From positions 2,304,001-2,368,000 of the forward strand of contig OY969695.1 of the NCBI GenBank assembly GCA_963701965.1: DNA of 64,000 nt. Reading direction: 5' to 3'. Below are positions 9,449 to 18,948 of the stretch, one piece after another. The position numbers and the translations under genes were made by a program. This DNA is from an uncultured Gemmatimonadales bacterium. Its GTDB lineage: Bacteria; Gemmatimonadota; Gemmatimonadetes; Gemmatimonadales; Gemmatimonadaceae. The notes beneath the pieces are model-generated. The model made no database searches. It was given only the letters and a program-made list of their open reading frames with translations, and was not told the DNA's origin. How positions within the stretch are numbered: the stretch's first letter is position 1; each line of letters opens with the position of its first letter.

Positions 9449-10052
9449 GTCACTGGTCGCCGTTTATGCCGACGAATCATGTCTCGGCAACGGCCGAGAG
9501 GGTGACAATCCGGGTGGCGCCGGCGCGCTGCTCGAATATCGTCGGAGCAATGGCGCCATCGAGCGGCGTGATCTGTGGACCAGCGAGCGGGCGACGACGA
9601 ACAACCGGATGGCTCTGCGGTCGGTGATCGAGACCTTTCGCGCGCTCGCCGCCCGGCCCTGTCGCGTGGTGTTCACCAGCGATTCGCGATACCTGATCGA
9701 CGGACTCGGTGATTGGGTCTTCGGCTGGGCGGCGCGCGGATGGGTCCGCAAGGGAGGGCCCATCGAGAATCTCGCGCTGTGGCATGAGGCGATCGACGCC
9801 GTGCGGGCGGGCGATCATGAGGTCGCTTGGCGCTGGGTACGCGGCCATGCCGGCCACCCGCAGAACGAGTACGCGAATCACCTGGCCACGCGCGCCGCGG
9901 CCCAACAATCGGTTTCGAACGGCGTCGTACCGTCGGAATTCGACGCGTGGCTCGGCGAGCAGCCCTCGTTGAAGCCGCTGGCCGAGTTTCCCGACGCCGA
10001 GGCCTTCGTGCCATCACGATCGTTACCGGCGCGACCGCCGGCGCGTCGATAG
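9435..10052 (+). CDS. rnhA: Ribonuclease HI
   Basis: YADESCLGN..PGGAG, TTNNRMAL, FTSDSRY and WVRGHAGHPQNE motifs. Confidence 0.92.
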   Translation: MSSVKSLVAVYADESCLGNGREGDNPGGAGALLEYRRSNGAIERRDLWTSERATTNNRMALRSVIETFRALAARPCRVVFTSDSRYLIDGLGDWVFGWAARGWVRKGGPIENLALWHEAIDAVRAGDHEVAWRWVRGHAGHPQNEYANHLATRAAAQQSVSNGVVPSEFDAWLGEQPSLKPLAEFPDAEAFVPSRSLPARPPARR

Positions 10053-10055
10053 AAT

Positions 10056-10241
10056 ATGGTGAAATACCTGATTCTTCTCGCCATCGGCGTCGCGGTCGGT
10101 TATGGTCTGGGGTTTCAGGACGCGAAGCAGAACGACCAGAACGTCGTCGCGCGTCTCGTCGGCGCGGTGGGCGGCGCGAATCGCGACAAGGTGCGCGCGG
10201 ACGTGGACGCGCAAATGGACCGGGTTGAGAAAAAACCGTAG
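10056..10241 (+). CDS. Small membrane-anchored hypothetical protein
   Basis: N-terminal hydrophobic helix followed by an amphipathic tail. Fits the operon spacing. Confidence 0.65.
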   Translation: MVKYLILLAIGVAVGYGLGFQDAKQNDQNVVARLVGAVGGANRDKVRADVDAQMDRVEKKP

Positions 10242-10244
10242 TGG

Positions 10245-10880
10245 GTGATCGCGATGGATGATCTGGATCGGCTGTTCCGTAGGCTCGTGGTCAACATCCG
10301 GGCCGACTATCCCGCGTATCTCACGAATCCGTTCCCGGTCGCGGAGCTCTACCAGAGTATCGTGCCCTACCGGCACAACCGGTCGGAGTTGGAGATCGGC
10401 GTCCCCGGCGACTACGAATTGGCGCTGACGCGGCTGCTGGCCGGCGAGCGGGGATACGTACTCGGTGACGCCGCGATGCAGCACGCAATGCGGCAGGCCA
10501 CGGAAACCACCGCGTTCACCTATCGCAATTACGCCGCGTCGGTGATCGAGATCTCGGCCGATGCGGTGCGCGCGATCGATGACCAGATGAAGAAGCAGAA
10601 CGCGCGCACGCCCACGCCCACTGTGTCGCCCGCCACCCGCCCGGCGGCCGCGGCGCCCACGACCATTCTGGCGACCGGACCGTGCATGTTCTGCGGCGGC
10701 CCGCTGCCCGACGATCGCCGCATCACGTTCTGTCCCCACTGCGGACACAACGTCACCGTGAGACTGTGTCCCGCGTGCAGTGCGGAGCTCGAGGTCGAGT
10801 GGCGATTTTGTCCCGTCTGCGGGCGCGAGGTCGAGCTGGAAGCTCCCGAGGCAGCCGTCGAGAGCGACGCGCCGATGTAG
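10245..10880 (+). CDS. Double zinc-ribbon domain protein
   Basis: Four CxxC motifs (CMFC, CPHC, CPAC, CPVC) at the C-terminus after a Pro/Thr linker. Confidence 0.85.
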   Translation: MIAMDDLDRLFRRLVVNIRADYPAYLTNPFPVAELYQSIVPYRHNRSELEIGVPGDYELALTRLLAGERGYVLGDAAMQHAMRQATETTAFTYRNYAASVIEISADAVRAIDDQMKKQNARTPTPTVSPATRPAAAAPTTILATGPCMFCGGPLPDDRRITFCPHCGHNVTVRLCPACSAELEVEWRFCPVCGREVELEAPEAAVESDAPM

Positions 10881-10898
10881 CACGATGTAGGTTTCGGG

Positions 10899-11960
10899 AT
10901 GCGCGCGTTTCGAGTGGCAGTGGTCCTTGGGCTCAGCCTCATAGGTCTCGCCGCACCACTGCACGCCCAATGGCCGATCAAGACGCGGGAACACGTCGAC
11001 CTGTGGCTCACCGCGTTCGCCGAGTTGAACGGAGACACGGCGGCAAAAGTCCCGACCTACCGCCGCGACTATCTCGAGACCATCGCGTTCGCCGAGAATC
11101 AGCACGGCCTCCTCACATCGCTCGATTCGGTCCACGACCGGTTGCAGGCGCACTGGGACGTCACCCCCACGCTCGCCGGTGCCCGGTCGCTGGCCCTCGA
11201 CGCGGGGACGTGGGAGGAGATGAACTCGGCGATCGACCTGTACTTGGAGCCGGCGCCCAAAGACCAAGGAGGCGGCGGGATCACGTTCGGGGGTCCGAAG
11301 CGACCCAAGCCCGACCCCAAGGCCCCGAAGCCCGACGTCTACAACCGGCTGCCCGATTACTTCTCGACGCCCAATGACCGGCAGTGGCTCGGCGAGCTGG
11401 CGCACGGGCTCGATGGCATGCGGTCGCAGTTCTACCATAGTTGGTGGGTCGCCGAACAACGCCGCCGGCTGCCCGTGCTGGTGGCGACCGACTCGGTGTG
11501 GCGGCGCGTCTACCAACCCAAGCTGCAAGGGTTTCTGACCGCGACGCACCAAGGCACCGGTGAGATCATTCTGTCCCTGCCCGTCAATGGCGGTGGCGTG
11601 GCGCTGCAACTGCCAAACGGCCCCAAGTCTATCGCCGTCCCGTTCCCGGACAGCGCCGACGCCGCCGTCGAAGTCGTGTACGTCTTCGCGCACGAAGCAG
11701 CAAAGACGGTCGCCGCCGACGCCATCACTGCCGGCACGACAGCCGACGAGCGACGGAATGGGATCGCCGCCCAGTACGCCGAGGCCCTCGCCGTCCGTGG
11801 CGGCGCCCTCTTGCTCCAACGGACGGCGCCGGAACTGGCCAGCGGCTATGCCCGATACTATTCGCGGGGCGGGGACCCGGCGGCGCTCGCGTCGCAGTTC
11901 CCGCTACCGGATAAGATCAGGGACGCGCTGGCGCACCAGATCGATCTCGCTATCAAATGA
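10899..11960 (+). CDS. Secreted hypothetical protein with degenerate zincin-like motif
   Basis: Signal peptide ending LHA-Q, and FAHEAAK followed by a downstream AEALA. Confidence 0.7.
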   Translation: MRAFRVAVVLGLSLIGLAAPLHAQWPIKTREHVDLWLTAFAELNGDTAAKVPTYRRDYLETIAFAENQHGLLTSLDSVHDRLQAHWDVTPTLAGARSLALDAGTWEEMNSAIDLYLEPAPKDQGGGGITFGGPKRPKPDPKAPKPDVYNRLPDYFSTPNDRQWLGELAHGLDGMRSQFYHSWWVAEQRRRLPVLVATDSVWRRVYQPKLQGFLTATHQGTGEIILSLPVNGGGVALQLPNGPKSIAVPFPDSADAAVEVVYVFAHEAAKTVAADAITAGTTADERRNGIAAQYAEALAVRGGALLLQRTAPELASGYARYYSRGGDPAALASQFPLPDKIRDALAHQIDLAIK

Positions 11961-12784
11961 GTGTCCCGGTCCGCTATTCTTCAGGAACGATGGACGACCT
12001 CCCCGCACCGGTGCCCGCCGGCGCGCTCGACCGCGCCGCGGTCGAGCGCGTCCTGGCCCGGGCGGCGGAGTTGCAGTCCCAGGGTGTGGGCGACGATCCG
12101 GCGGATGTCATTACTGACGCGCAGTTGATCGCCGCCGGCAGCGAGGTGGGCCTCTCGCTCACACACCTCCGCCAGGCCATCGCCGAAGAGCGGACGCGCG
12201 TGGGCATCCCGCTGGAGCGCGGTCTCCGCGCCCAGGTCGCGGGCGCCGGCACGGCTTCGGCTGGCCGCACAGTCGCCGGGACACCCGGCGCGGTGCTGGC
12301 GGCGCTGAATCAAACGCTCGTGCGCGACGAGAGCATGGCAGTCAAGCGCCGGTACGCCGAGCGCTGGACGTGGGAGCCGAAACGCGACTTCTGGGCGATG
12401 TTCCGCCGGCTTGGCGGCTGGCGCTTCGACCTCCAGTACGCCAGCGAAGTCGCGGCGACCGTCGTGGCGGTGGATGAGCAGCGCGTGGCGGTCCGTCTCG
12501 ACGCCGACGTCTCGCGCACACGCGATGCCCGGCTGGAGCAGGGGGCGGGCGTCGCGGCCGGCGGCGTGGCGACCGGCGTGGCGATGTTCGGGATCGGCAC
12601 CGCGGTTGCGCACCTGGTGGTCGCGGCGGTGGCCGTCACGGCCACCCTGCCGGTGATCGCCGGGATCGCGGGCGGATATATGTTGGCGCGCCGGCATCGC
12701 CAGACCGTGGAGCGGACGCAACTGGCGCTGGAGCAGGTACTCGATCGCCTGGAACATGGGGAACTGCGAGGGCGGCTGCCGTGA
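11957..12784 (+). CDS. Hypothetical membrane protein
   Basis: AVERVLARAAELQ N-terminal helix and two C-terminal TM segments. Overlaps both neighbours by 4 bp. Start may be the ATG at 11990. Confidence 0.7.
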   Translation: MSVPVRYSSGTMDDLPAPVPAGALDRAAVERVLARAAELQSQGVGDDPADVITDAQLIAAGSEVGLSLTHLRQAIAEERTRVGIPLERGLRAQVAGAGTASAGRTVAGTPGAVLAALNQTLVRDESMAVKRRYAERWTWEPKRDFWAMFRRLGGWRFDLQYASEVAATVVAVDEQRVAVRLDADVSRTRDARLEQGAGVAAGGVATGVAMFGIGTAVAHLVVAAVAVTATLPVIAGIAGGYMLARRHRQTVERTQLALEQVLDRLEHGELRGRLP

Positions 12785-13662
12785 TCGACTCGGTCGGAGT
12801 GCTCGGCGGTGGGCTCATGGGGAGCGGCATCGCCGAGGTTTCGGCACGCGCCGGTTTGCCGACGTACGTCAGAGAGGTCTCGGCGGAACTGGCCGACAAG
12901 GCGCGGCGGGCCATCGAGAAGTCGCTGGAGCGCGGCGTCGATCGCGGCAAGCTGACGCGGGGGGAGCGCGACGCGGCGCTGGCGCGCCTCGCGTTCGGCA
13001 CCGACCTCCAGGCCGCGGCCGTCGGCAAGATCGTGATCGAAGCGGTCGTCGAGGACATCGAGGTCAAGAACCACCTGTGGCGAGAGCTGAACCGGCTGGC
13101 GAAGCCCGAGACCATCTTCGCGTCGAACACATCGAGCCTCACGATCGCCGCCATGGCCATGGCCAGCGGGCGACCGGATCGGCTGATCGGGCTCCACTTT
13201 TTTAATCCCGTGCCGGTGATGCCCCTGGTCGAGGTTGTCCGCACCATTGGGACGAGCCGGGAGACGTTCGATGCGGCGGTCGCGCTGGTGACGCGGCTGG
13301 GCAAAGAGCCGATCGCCGCCAAGGACGCATCGGGGTTCATCGTGAACCGGCTCCTCGTCCCCTACATGCTGGACGCCGTGCGGGCGTTGGAGCAGGGGGT
13401 CGGCGCGACCCACGCCATCGATACCGCCATGCGGCTCGGCACGGGTCACCCGATGGGGCCCCTGACGCTGCTCGACTTCGTTGGCATCGACACGGCGTGC
13501 CGGATCGCCGAGATCATGTTCGACGAATACCGGGAAGAGCGGTTCGCCCCGCCGCCGCTGCTGCGCCGCATGGTACTCGTGGGCTGGTTCGGCCGGAAAT
13601 CCGGCCGCGGGTTCTACGACTACGCGACGGACCCACCGCAACCCACCGACCTAGGTCTGTAG
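12781..13662 (+). CDS. hbd: 3-hydroxybutyryl-CoA / 3-hydroxyacyl-CoA dehydrogenase
   Basis: GGGLMGSGIA Rossmann motif, ASNTSS, GLHFFNP, GFIVNR and PMGP. Confidence 0.93.
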   Translation: MIDSVGVLGGGLMGSGIAEVSARAGLPTYVREVSAELADKARRAIEKSLERGVDRGKLTRGERDAALARLAFGTDLQAAAVGKIVIEAVVEDIEVKNHLWRELNRLAKPETIFASNTSSLTIAAMAMASGRPDRLIGLHFFNPVPVMPLVEVVRTIGTSRETFDAAVALVTRLGKEPIAAKDASGFIVNRLLVPYMLDAVRALEQGVGATHAIDTAMRLGTGHPMGPLTLLDFVGIDTACRIAEIMFDEYREERFAPPPLLRRMVLVGWFGRKSGRGFYDYATDPPQPTDLGL

Positions 13663-15212
13663 TGCAGGGTCCGCCCGGATTTCTCGGCGCGTTCCGCGAC
13701 GACGTTCCCGCCCGCGCCGTGTACTCCGAGGCCGCGGGCATCGCGCGGATCACGCCGCTCGCCGTCGCCGTTCCCACGAGCGCCGACGACGTCGTAACGC
13801 TGGTCCGCTGGGCGAAGGCCACGCGGACGCCGCTCATCCCGCGGGGATCGGGGAGTAGCATGGCGAGCGGCGCGATCGGCCCCGGGGTCATCGTCGATCT
13901 GAGCCGCCTCGATACGATGCAACCCGTGGACGCGGCGCACCGCCGGGTGTGGGTCGGCCCGGGCGCGCTGCGCGACGCCGTCGATGCGGTCGCGGCGCGC
14001 GAGGGGCTGCGCTTTCCGGTCGACCCGTCGAGCGGCGCCTTCTGCACGATCGGCGGAATGGCCGCCACGAACGCCGCCGGCGCGCACGCGCTGCGCCTCG
14101 GCGCCATGCGGCGCTGGGTCACGGCGCTCGACTGCGTGTTCGCCGACGGCCGTCGCGAAACGATCCGCCGCGGCGGGGGCGCCGCCGCGCGTCCGGCGCT
14201 CGGGGTCAGAAAAAATTCCTCGGGATACGCGATCGGCGGGGAACTGATCGATCTGCTGGTGGGCAGCGAGGGCACGCTGGCCCTTTTCGTCGGCATCGAG
14301 TTGGCGCTGGACGCGCGGCCGGCGGCCACGGCGAGCATCCTGGCGGCGTTCCCCACCCTGGAGTCCGCGGTGGCCGGCTCGGCGGCGGCCCGTGACGCGG
14401 GCGCGGCGGCCTGCGAGTTACTCGACAAGACGTTTCTCGACGTCGCCGAGGGCGCCGCGGCGGCGGCGGGATGTCCGCCGCGGACCGAGGCGGTGCTCTT
14501 GATCGAGATGGAGGGCGGCGCCGCGGGCGCCTACGCGCTGGGCCAGGCGTTGGCGCGCGCGGGCGCGAGCCGCGTCGACGTGGCCCGCGATCCGGCGGCG
14601 GAGCGGGCGCTGTGGGCGCTGCGACATGCGGCCAGCCCGATTTTGGCGCGGCTGGATCCGGCGCTCAAGTCCATGCAGTTCATCGAGGACGGCGCGGTGC
14701 CGCCGGTCCGCCTCGCGGAGTACGTGCGCGGGGTGCGCGAGGCGTTGACGCGACACGGTGTCCGCGGGGTCATTTTTGGACACGCGGGCGATGCGCACAT
14801 CCACGTCAATCCGCTGATCGACACGCGCACGCCCGACTGGCGCGACCGGGTCGAAGCGCTCCTGGCCGACGTCGTGGACCTGACGGCGCGACTTGGCGGG
14901 ACGCTGAGCGGGGAGCACGGCGATGGGCGGCTTCGGACCCCACTGCTCGACGCCGTGTGGGACGCGGCGGCGCGCGAGTGGTTCGCGGACGTGAAACGCC
15001 AATTCGATCCGGACGGCATTCTGAATCCGGGCGTGAAGGTCCCCGTCCCCGGGCAGCGGGCGCTCGAGGACATCAAATACGATCCCGATCTCCCGGCGCT
15101 GCCGGCTGCTGCTGCCGCGGTGCTGGCCCGGGTCGAGCGCGACCGGGCATACGCGGCGTCGCGTCTCGCGTTGCTCGACGCCGCCGCTCCGCCTCGGGAC
15201 CCCGTCTCCTAG
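13662..15212 (+). CDS. FAD-binding oxidoreductase (GlcD / D-lactate dehydrogenase family)
   Basis: IPRGSGSS, TIGGMAATNAAG, GSEGTL, GHAGDAHIH, SGEHGDG and FDPDGILNPG motifs. GTG overlaps the upstream stop. Confidence 0.88.
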   Translation: MQGPPGFLGAFRDDVPARAVYSEAAGIARITPLAVAVPTSADDVVTLVRWAKATRTPLIPRGSGSSMASGAIGPGVIVDLSRLDTMQPVDAAHRRVWVGPGALRDAVDAVAAREGLRFPVDPSSGAFCTIGGMAATNAAGAHALRLGAMRRWVTALDCVFADGRRETIRRGGGAAARPALGVRKNSSGYAIGGELIDLLVGSEGTLALFVGIELALDARPAATASILAAFPTLESAVAGSAAARDAGAAACELLDKTFLDVAEGAAAAAGCPPRTEAVLLIEMEGGAAGAYALGQALARAGASRVDVARDPAAERALWALRHAASPILARLDPALKSMQFIEDGAVPPVRLAEYVRGVREALTRHGVRGVIFGHAGDAHIHVNPLIDTRTPDWRDRVEALLADVVDLTARLGGTLSGEHGDGRLRTPLLDAVWDAAAREWFADVKRQFDPDGILNPGVKVPVPGQRALEDIKYDPDLPALPAAAAAVLARVERDRAYAASRLALLDAAAPPRDPVS

Positions 15213-15235
15213 CACGGCATTGTGCCCCTATCTTT

Positions 15236-15276
15236 GATCTCGCCGGATCGGATCTCGCGCCACCGGATCTCGCGCC
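15236..15276 (+). repeat. Three GATCTCGC copies at 15-bp period upstream of thyX
   Basis: Copies start at 15236, 15251 and 15266. The last two extend to an identical 13-mer, CGGATCTCGCGCC. Confidence 0.7.
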
Positions 15277-15323
15277 TTCGCCGTCGTACCGTTCTCCCAA
15301 CTCTATTCTACCTTATAGAACAA

Positions 15324-16073
15324 GTGCTCTACCGCGCCCCGGTCGTTTCCGTGCTGTCCCGTCCCGTGTTCACGGAGCCCGCGCACTTGCCGGTGCACTG
15401 GCTCGGCGACAGCACGGACGGCGAGCGCCTCGCCGAGTTTGCCGGGCGGCTGTGCTACATGAGCCAGTCCAATCCGGCCGAGCGGGAGACCCGCGCCTAT
15501 CTGGAGAACATCAAGCGCCAGCGCCACGGGAGCGTCCTCGAGCACGCCAACTACTCGCTGCTCCTCGAGGGTGTGAGCCGCTCGCTGACGCACGAGTTGG
15601 TGCGACACCGGGCCGGCTGGGCCTTCTCGCAGTTGTCCCAGCGCTACGTCGACGAGTCCGAGGCCGCCTTCGTCGTTCCCCCGGCGATCGACGGCGACGC
15701 CGCGTTGGAGGCGGAGTGGCTCCGCCAGGTCGAGGAAGCGCAGACCACGTACGTGCGGCTGGTCGGGGAGCTCATGGAGCGCTACACGTGGGTCGCCGAC
15801 CGCGTGCACCGGCGGAAGATGGCGCGGGAAGCCGCGCGCGGCGTGCTCCCGAACTCGACGGAGACGAAGATCGTCGTCACCGCGAACGCCCGCGCCTGGC
15901 GGACGATGCTCGAATTGCGCGCGGGCGAGGGCGCCGACCTCGAGATCCGGCGACTCGCCGTCGCCGTGCTCCGGGTCCTCCGCGATGAGGCGCCCGCGTT
16001 CTTCTCCGACTTCGAGATCTACGTCGCCGACGACCGCCGCGACGCCGCGCGCGTCGGCTATCACAAGGTCTAA
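15324..16073 (+). CDS. thyX: FAD-dependent thymidylate synthase
   Basis: HGSVLEH, the RHR-x7-SQRY signature (RHRAGWAFSQLSQRY), EAARGVLP and EIR. Start uncertain (15222, 15324 or 15351). Confidence 0.93.
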   Translation: MLYRAPVVSVLSRPVFTEPAHLPVHWLGDSTDGERLAEFAGRLCYMSQSNPAERETRAYLENIKRQRHGSVLEHANYSLLLEGVSRSLTHELVRHRAGWAFSQLSQRYVDESEAAFVVPPAIDGDAALEAEWLRQVEEAQTTYVRLVGELMERYTWVADRVHRRKMAREAARGVLPNSTETKIVVTANARAWRTMLELRAGEGADLEIRRLAVAVLRVLRDEAPAFFSDFEIYVADDRRDAARVGYHKV

Positions 16074-16119
16074 ATCAGAGCAAATCGCCAGAGTCTTTCG
16101 CGAAACGCGAGACGAGTCA

Positions 16120-16148
16120 TTGCGCGACAAAATCGTAGTCGGTATACT
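16120..16148 (+). promoter_or_regulatory. Sigma70-type promoter of the ATP-grasp/GNAT/KamA operon
   Basis: TTGCGC (16120-16125), 17 bp, TATACT (16143-16148). Palindrome TTTCGCGAAA at 16096-16105. AAAGGA ribosome-binding site before ATG 16218. Confidence 0.65.
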
Positions 16149-16217
16149 CCCGCCAATTCGTAACTGGCATCGCTCTTGCGCGTCCGTTGCACGAGGCTCA
16201 CGCACGCAAAGGACCGG

Positions 16218-17396
16218 ATGACGAGAATCGGATTCTCCTACAATCAGAAGCCAGAGCCCGATGCCACGGATCGAGGGCTGAGCGCCGCGAGTGGAGCGGT
16301 CGCCGGCAACGACGAAGACCCGGCTCGGGACGACGAACCTCCCAGTAGTCGCGCCGCGGCGCGCCGACTGGGAGCCGGCGCTTTTGGCCGCCGGGCGCTC
16401 GCCGAGCTCGAAGCCGACGACGAGTTCGCCGAATGGGATGATCCCCAGACCATCGATGCCGTCGAGCACGCCCTGTCCGCGCTGGGCGAGGTCGTGCGCT
16501 TGGAGGCGACGGAAGACTTTCCCGAGCGGCTGCGCGATGCCCGCCCGGATATCGTCTTCAACATGGTCGAGGGCCTGGGCGGGGCGAACCGCGAGGCGTT
16601 GGTGCCGGCGATCTGCGAGTTCTATGGAATTCCCTATTCCGGCAGCGACGCGTTCACGCTCGCGTTGTGTCTCGACAAAGCGCGGACCAAGGAGATCCTG
16701 TCCTACCACCGGATCCCGACCGCCGCGTTCCAGGTCGTCCACCACATCGACGACCTGGCCGCGCTGCGCCGGTTGGCCTACCCGCTGTTCGCCAAGCCGC
16801 TCCACGAAGGGTCCTCGAAGGGCATCACCGAGCGGAACCTGTGTCGCACCACGACCGAGCTCGACGCCCAAGTCGGCTTTCTGCTGGAGCGGTACCACCA
16901 GCCGGTGCTCGTCGAGGAGTTCCTGTCCGGCGACGAGTTCACCTGCGCGGTCCTCGGCAATGGCGCCGCGGCACAAGTGCTGCCGATCGTCGGCATCGAC
17001 TTCGGCGCCCTGCCACCCGGCGCGCTACCGATCTACGGATTCGAGGCGAAATGGCTCTGGGACCGGCCCGACAACCCGCTGCGGATCTTCGCCTGTCCGG
17101 CGCCCATCGATGATGAGCTGCGCCAGCAGATCGAACGCGTCTCCCTGGCCGCGTACCGCGTCCTCGGCTGCCGCGACTGGTCGCGGGTCGACGTCCGATT
17201 GGACGCCGCCGGTGTACCCAACGTCGTCGAGGTCAACCCGCTTCCGGGCATGCTCCCCGATCCCGCGGACAATTCCTGCTTTCCGAAAGCAGCGCGGGCG
17301 GCGGGGATGACGTACGATGAGTTGATCCAGACGTGTCTACTCAACGCCGCCGAGCGGCAACACGTGCACATCAAGGCCAAAGGGAGAGGGGCGTGA
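16218..17396 (+). CDS. ATP-grasp amide-bond ligase, D-Ala-D-Ala ligase-like (non-canonical)
   Basis: FNMVEG, LCLDK, KPLHEGSSKGI, VEEFL, SRVDVR and EVNPLPG motifs. Lacks the GGxSxE N-terminal motif of true Ddl. Confidence 0.88.
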   Translation: MTRIGFSYNQKPEPDATDRGLSAASGAVAGNDEDPARDDEPPSSRAAARRLGAGAFGRRALAELEADDEFAEWDDPQTIDAVEHALSALGEVVRLEATEDFPERLRDARPDIVFNMVEGLGGANREALVPAICEFYGIPYSGSDAFTLALCLDKARTKEILSYHRIPTAAFQVVHHIDDLAALRRLAYPLFAKPLHEGSSKGITERNLCRTTTELDAQVGFLLERYHQPVLVEEFLSGDEFTCAVLGNGAAAQVLPIVGIDFGALPPGALPIYGFEAKWLWDRPDNPLRIFACPAPIDDELRQQIERVSLAAYRVLGCRDWSRVDVRLDAAGVPNVVEVNPLPGMLPDPADNSCFPKAARAAGMTYDELIQTCLLNAAERQHVHIKAKGRGA

Positions 17397-18445
17397 AAGT
17401 CGCGATTCTATTTGATGGCGCCTCGGCCCTGGGCAAGACGCCCGACATGCTGATCCTCGAGGCGGTCGAGGCGGTCGAGCACGTGTTCGCGGACGACGGC
17501 CACGAAGTCGTGCGCATTCCCGTCAATCCGGACGCCCGCTGGATCGAGCGAATGCGGAAGGCGAAGTTCGACCTCGCCTTCAATCTGTGCGAGGGCGTCG
17601 ACGGCGTCGCGTCGTTGGAGCCCGCGGTCGTTTCGGTGCTGGAGCTTCTCGGCGTCCCCTACAGTGGCAGCTCCAGCGCGACCACCGCCCTGTGTCTGCG
17701 CAAAGATCTGGTGAACAGCCTCCTCGACCGGTTCGGGCTCCCCGTGCCCCGTTGGTCGGTGACCCGCCCGGGCGGCGCCCTGCCCGCCGTGGGATTCCCG
17801 GCGATCTGCAAGCCGGCGGCCGAGGACGCATCACTCGGCGTGGAGCAGCGGTCGGTCGTCCGGACGGGCCGCGCCCTCGCCGAACGGATCGACGCCATGC
17901 ACGAACGCTGGAACGACGTGATCGTCCAGCGCTACATCGACGGCCGCGAAGTGAACGTGGGCATCATCGGGGACCGTGTCCTCCCGATCGCCGAGGTCGA
18001 CTTCGGCGCCATGCCCCGCGGGATGTGGCGGATCGTCTCCTATCGTTCGAAATGGGTGACCGGGAGCGACGAGGACCTCGGAGCCGCGCCCCAATGCCCG
18101 GCCGACCTCCCGTCCGAGCTCACCGCCGAGATCGTGACCGTCGCGCTCGCCGCGTGGCGGGCCGTCGGCGGCACCGGCTATGGTCGGGTCGACATGCGCA
18201 TCGACCGCGCCGGCCGCCCGTGGATCCTCGAAGTCAACGCCAACCCCGACTTGAGTCCCGGCGCCGGTCTCTCGCGGATGGCCGAGACGTTGGGACTCGA
18301 CTATGGCGCGCTCATTCGTCTCATCGCCGCGCAGGCGCTTGCCGTACGGGCGGACGTGTCGGCCGACCAGTGGGCGCTCACGCAGCAGCTGTCGGGCGTC
18401 GAGCTGACGCTCGACACCGGCGCGCCGGCCGCCGCCACCGGGTGA
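17393..18445 (+). CDS. Second ATP-grasp ligase, D-Ala-D-Ala ligase-like (non-canonical)
   Basis: FNLCEG, KPAAEDASLGV, GRVDMR and EVNANPDL motifs. GTGA overlap with the first ligase. Confidence 0.88.
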   Translation: MKVAILFDGASALGKTPDMLILEAVEAVEHVFADDGHEVVRIPVNPDARWIERMRKAKFDLAFNLCEGVDGVASLEPAVVSVLELLGVPYSGSSSATTALCLRKDLVNSLLDRFGLPVPRWSVTRPGGALPAVGFPAICKPAAEDASLGVEQRSVVRTGRALAERIDAMHERWNDVIVQRYIDGREVNVGIIGDRVLPIAEVDFGAMPRGMWRIVSYRSKWVTGSDEDLGAAPQCPADLPSELTAEIVTVALAAWRAVGGTGYGRVDMRIDRAGRPWILEVNANPDLSPGAGLSRMAETLGLDYGALIRLIAAQALAVRADVSADQWALTQQLSGVELTLDTGAPAAATG

Positions 18446-18948
18446 CGACGCGACCGCTGACTCGGCACGACCGCGAGTCACTGGAAACCCTCATCCTCGC
18501 GACCGGCGCGTTCTCGGCGTCCGAGACCGATGTCGCGCTGCAGGTGTTCGACGAAGCCTTCCCGCCCGACGAGGGCACGGGCGATCCCGACTACGCGTTT
18601 CTGGGCGTATGCGACGCCGCGGACACCGCCCGGCTCCTCGGGTACGTCTGCTATGGTCCGATTCCGGGCAACGACCGCGGATACGACGTCTATTGGATCG
18701 CGGTCCATCCCGGCGTCCAGCACCGCGGGCTCGGCACGGTGCTCATGCACGAGGTCGAGTCCCGCCTCGCCGCCTGGAGCGCCCGCCTGATCGTCGTCGA
18801 AACCTCCGGCCGGGCCGCCTACGCGCTGACGCGCGCGTTTTATGCAAGGCTCGGCTACACCGAGTCGGGCCGGGTCCGCGGCTTCTACGCTCCGGATGAC
18901 GATCGGGTGCTGTTCACCAAACGCCTAAAAAGCTCTGGTGCCGCATGA
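18442..18948 (+). CDS. GNAT family N-acetyltransferase
   Basis: YWIAVHPGVQHRGLGT acetyl-CoA motif A and RAFYARLGY. 4-bp overlaps at both ends. Confidence 0.9.
   Translation: MTTRPLTRHDRESLETLILATGAFSASETDVALQVFDEAFPPDEGTGDPDYAFLGVCDAADTARLLGYVCYGPIPGNDRGYDVYWIAVHPGVQHRGLGTVLMHEVESRLAAWSARLIVVETSGRAAYALTRAFYARLGYTESGRVRGFYAPDDDRVLFTKRLKSSGAA

Noticed and set aside
16150..16217. Riboswitch in the leader of the ATP-grasp operon
   Set aside because: Only short possible stems (GCCA/TGGC, TTGCG/CGCAA). It is too short for a lysine riboswitch and matches no aptamer consensus I recognise.
16218..18445. Canonical ddl or van-type glycopeptide resistance ligases
   Set aside because: No GGxSxE motif, no vanH/vanX/vanRS and no cell-wall gene context.
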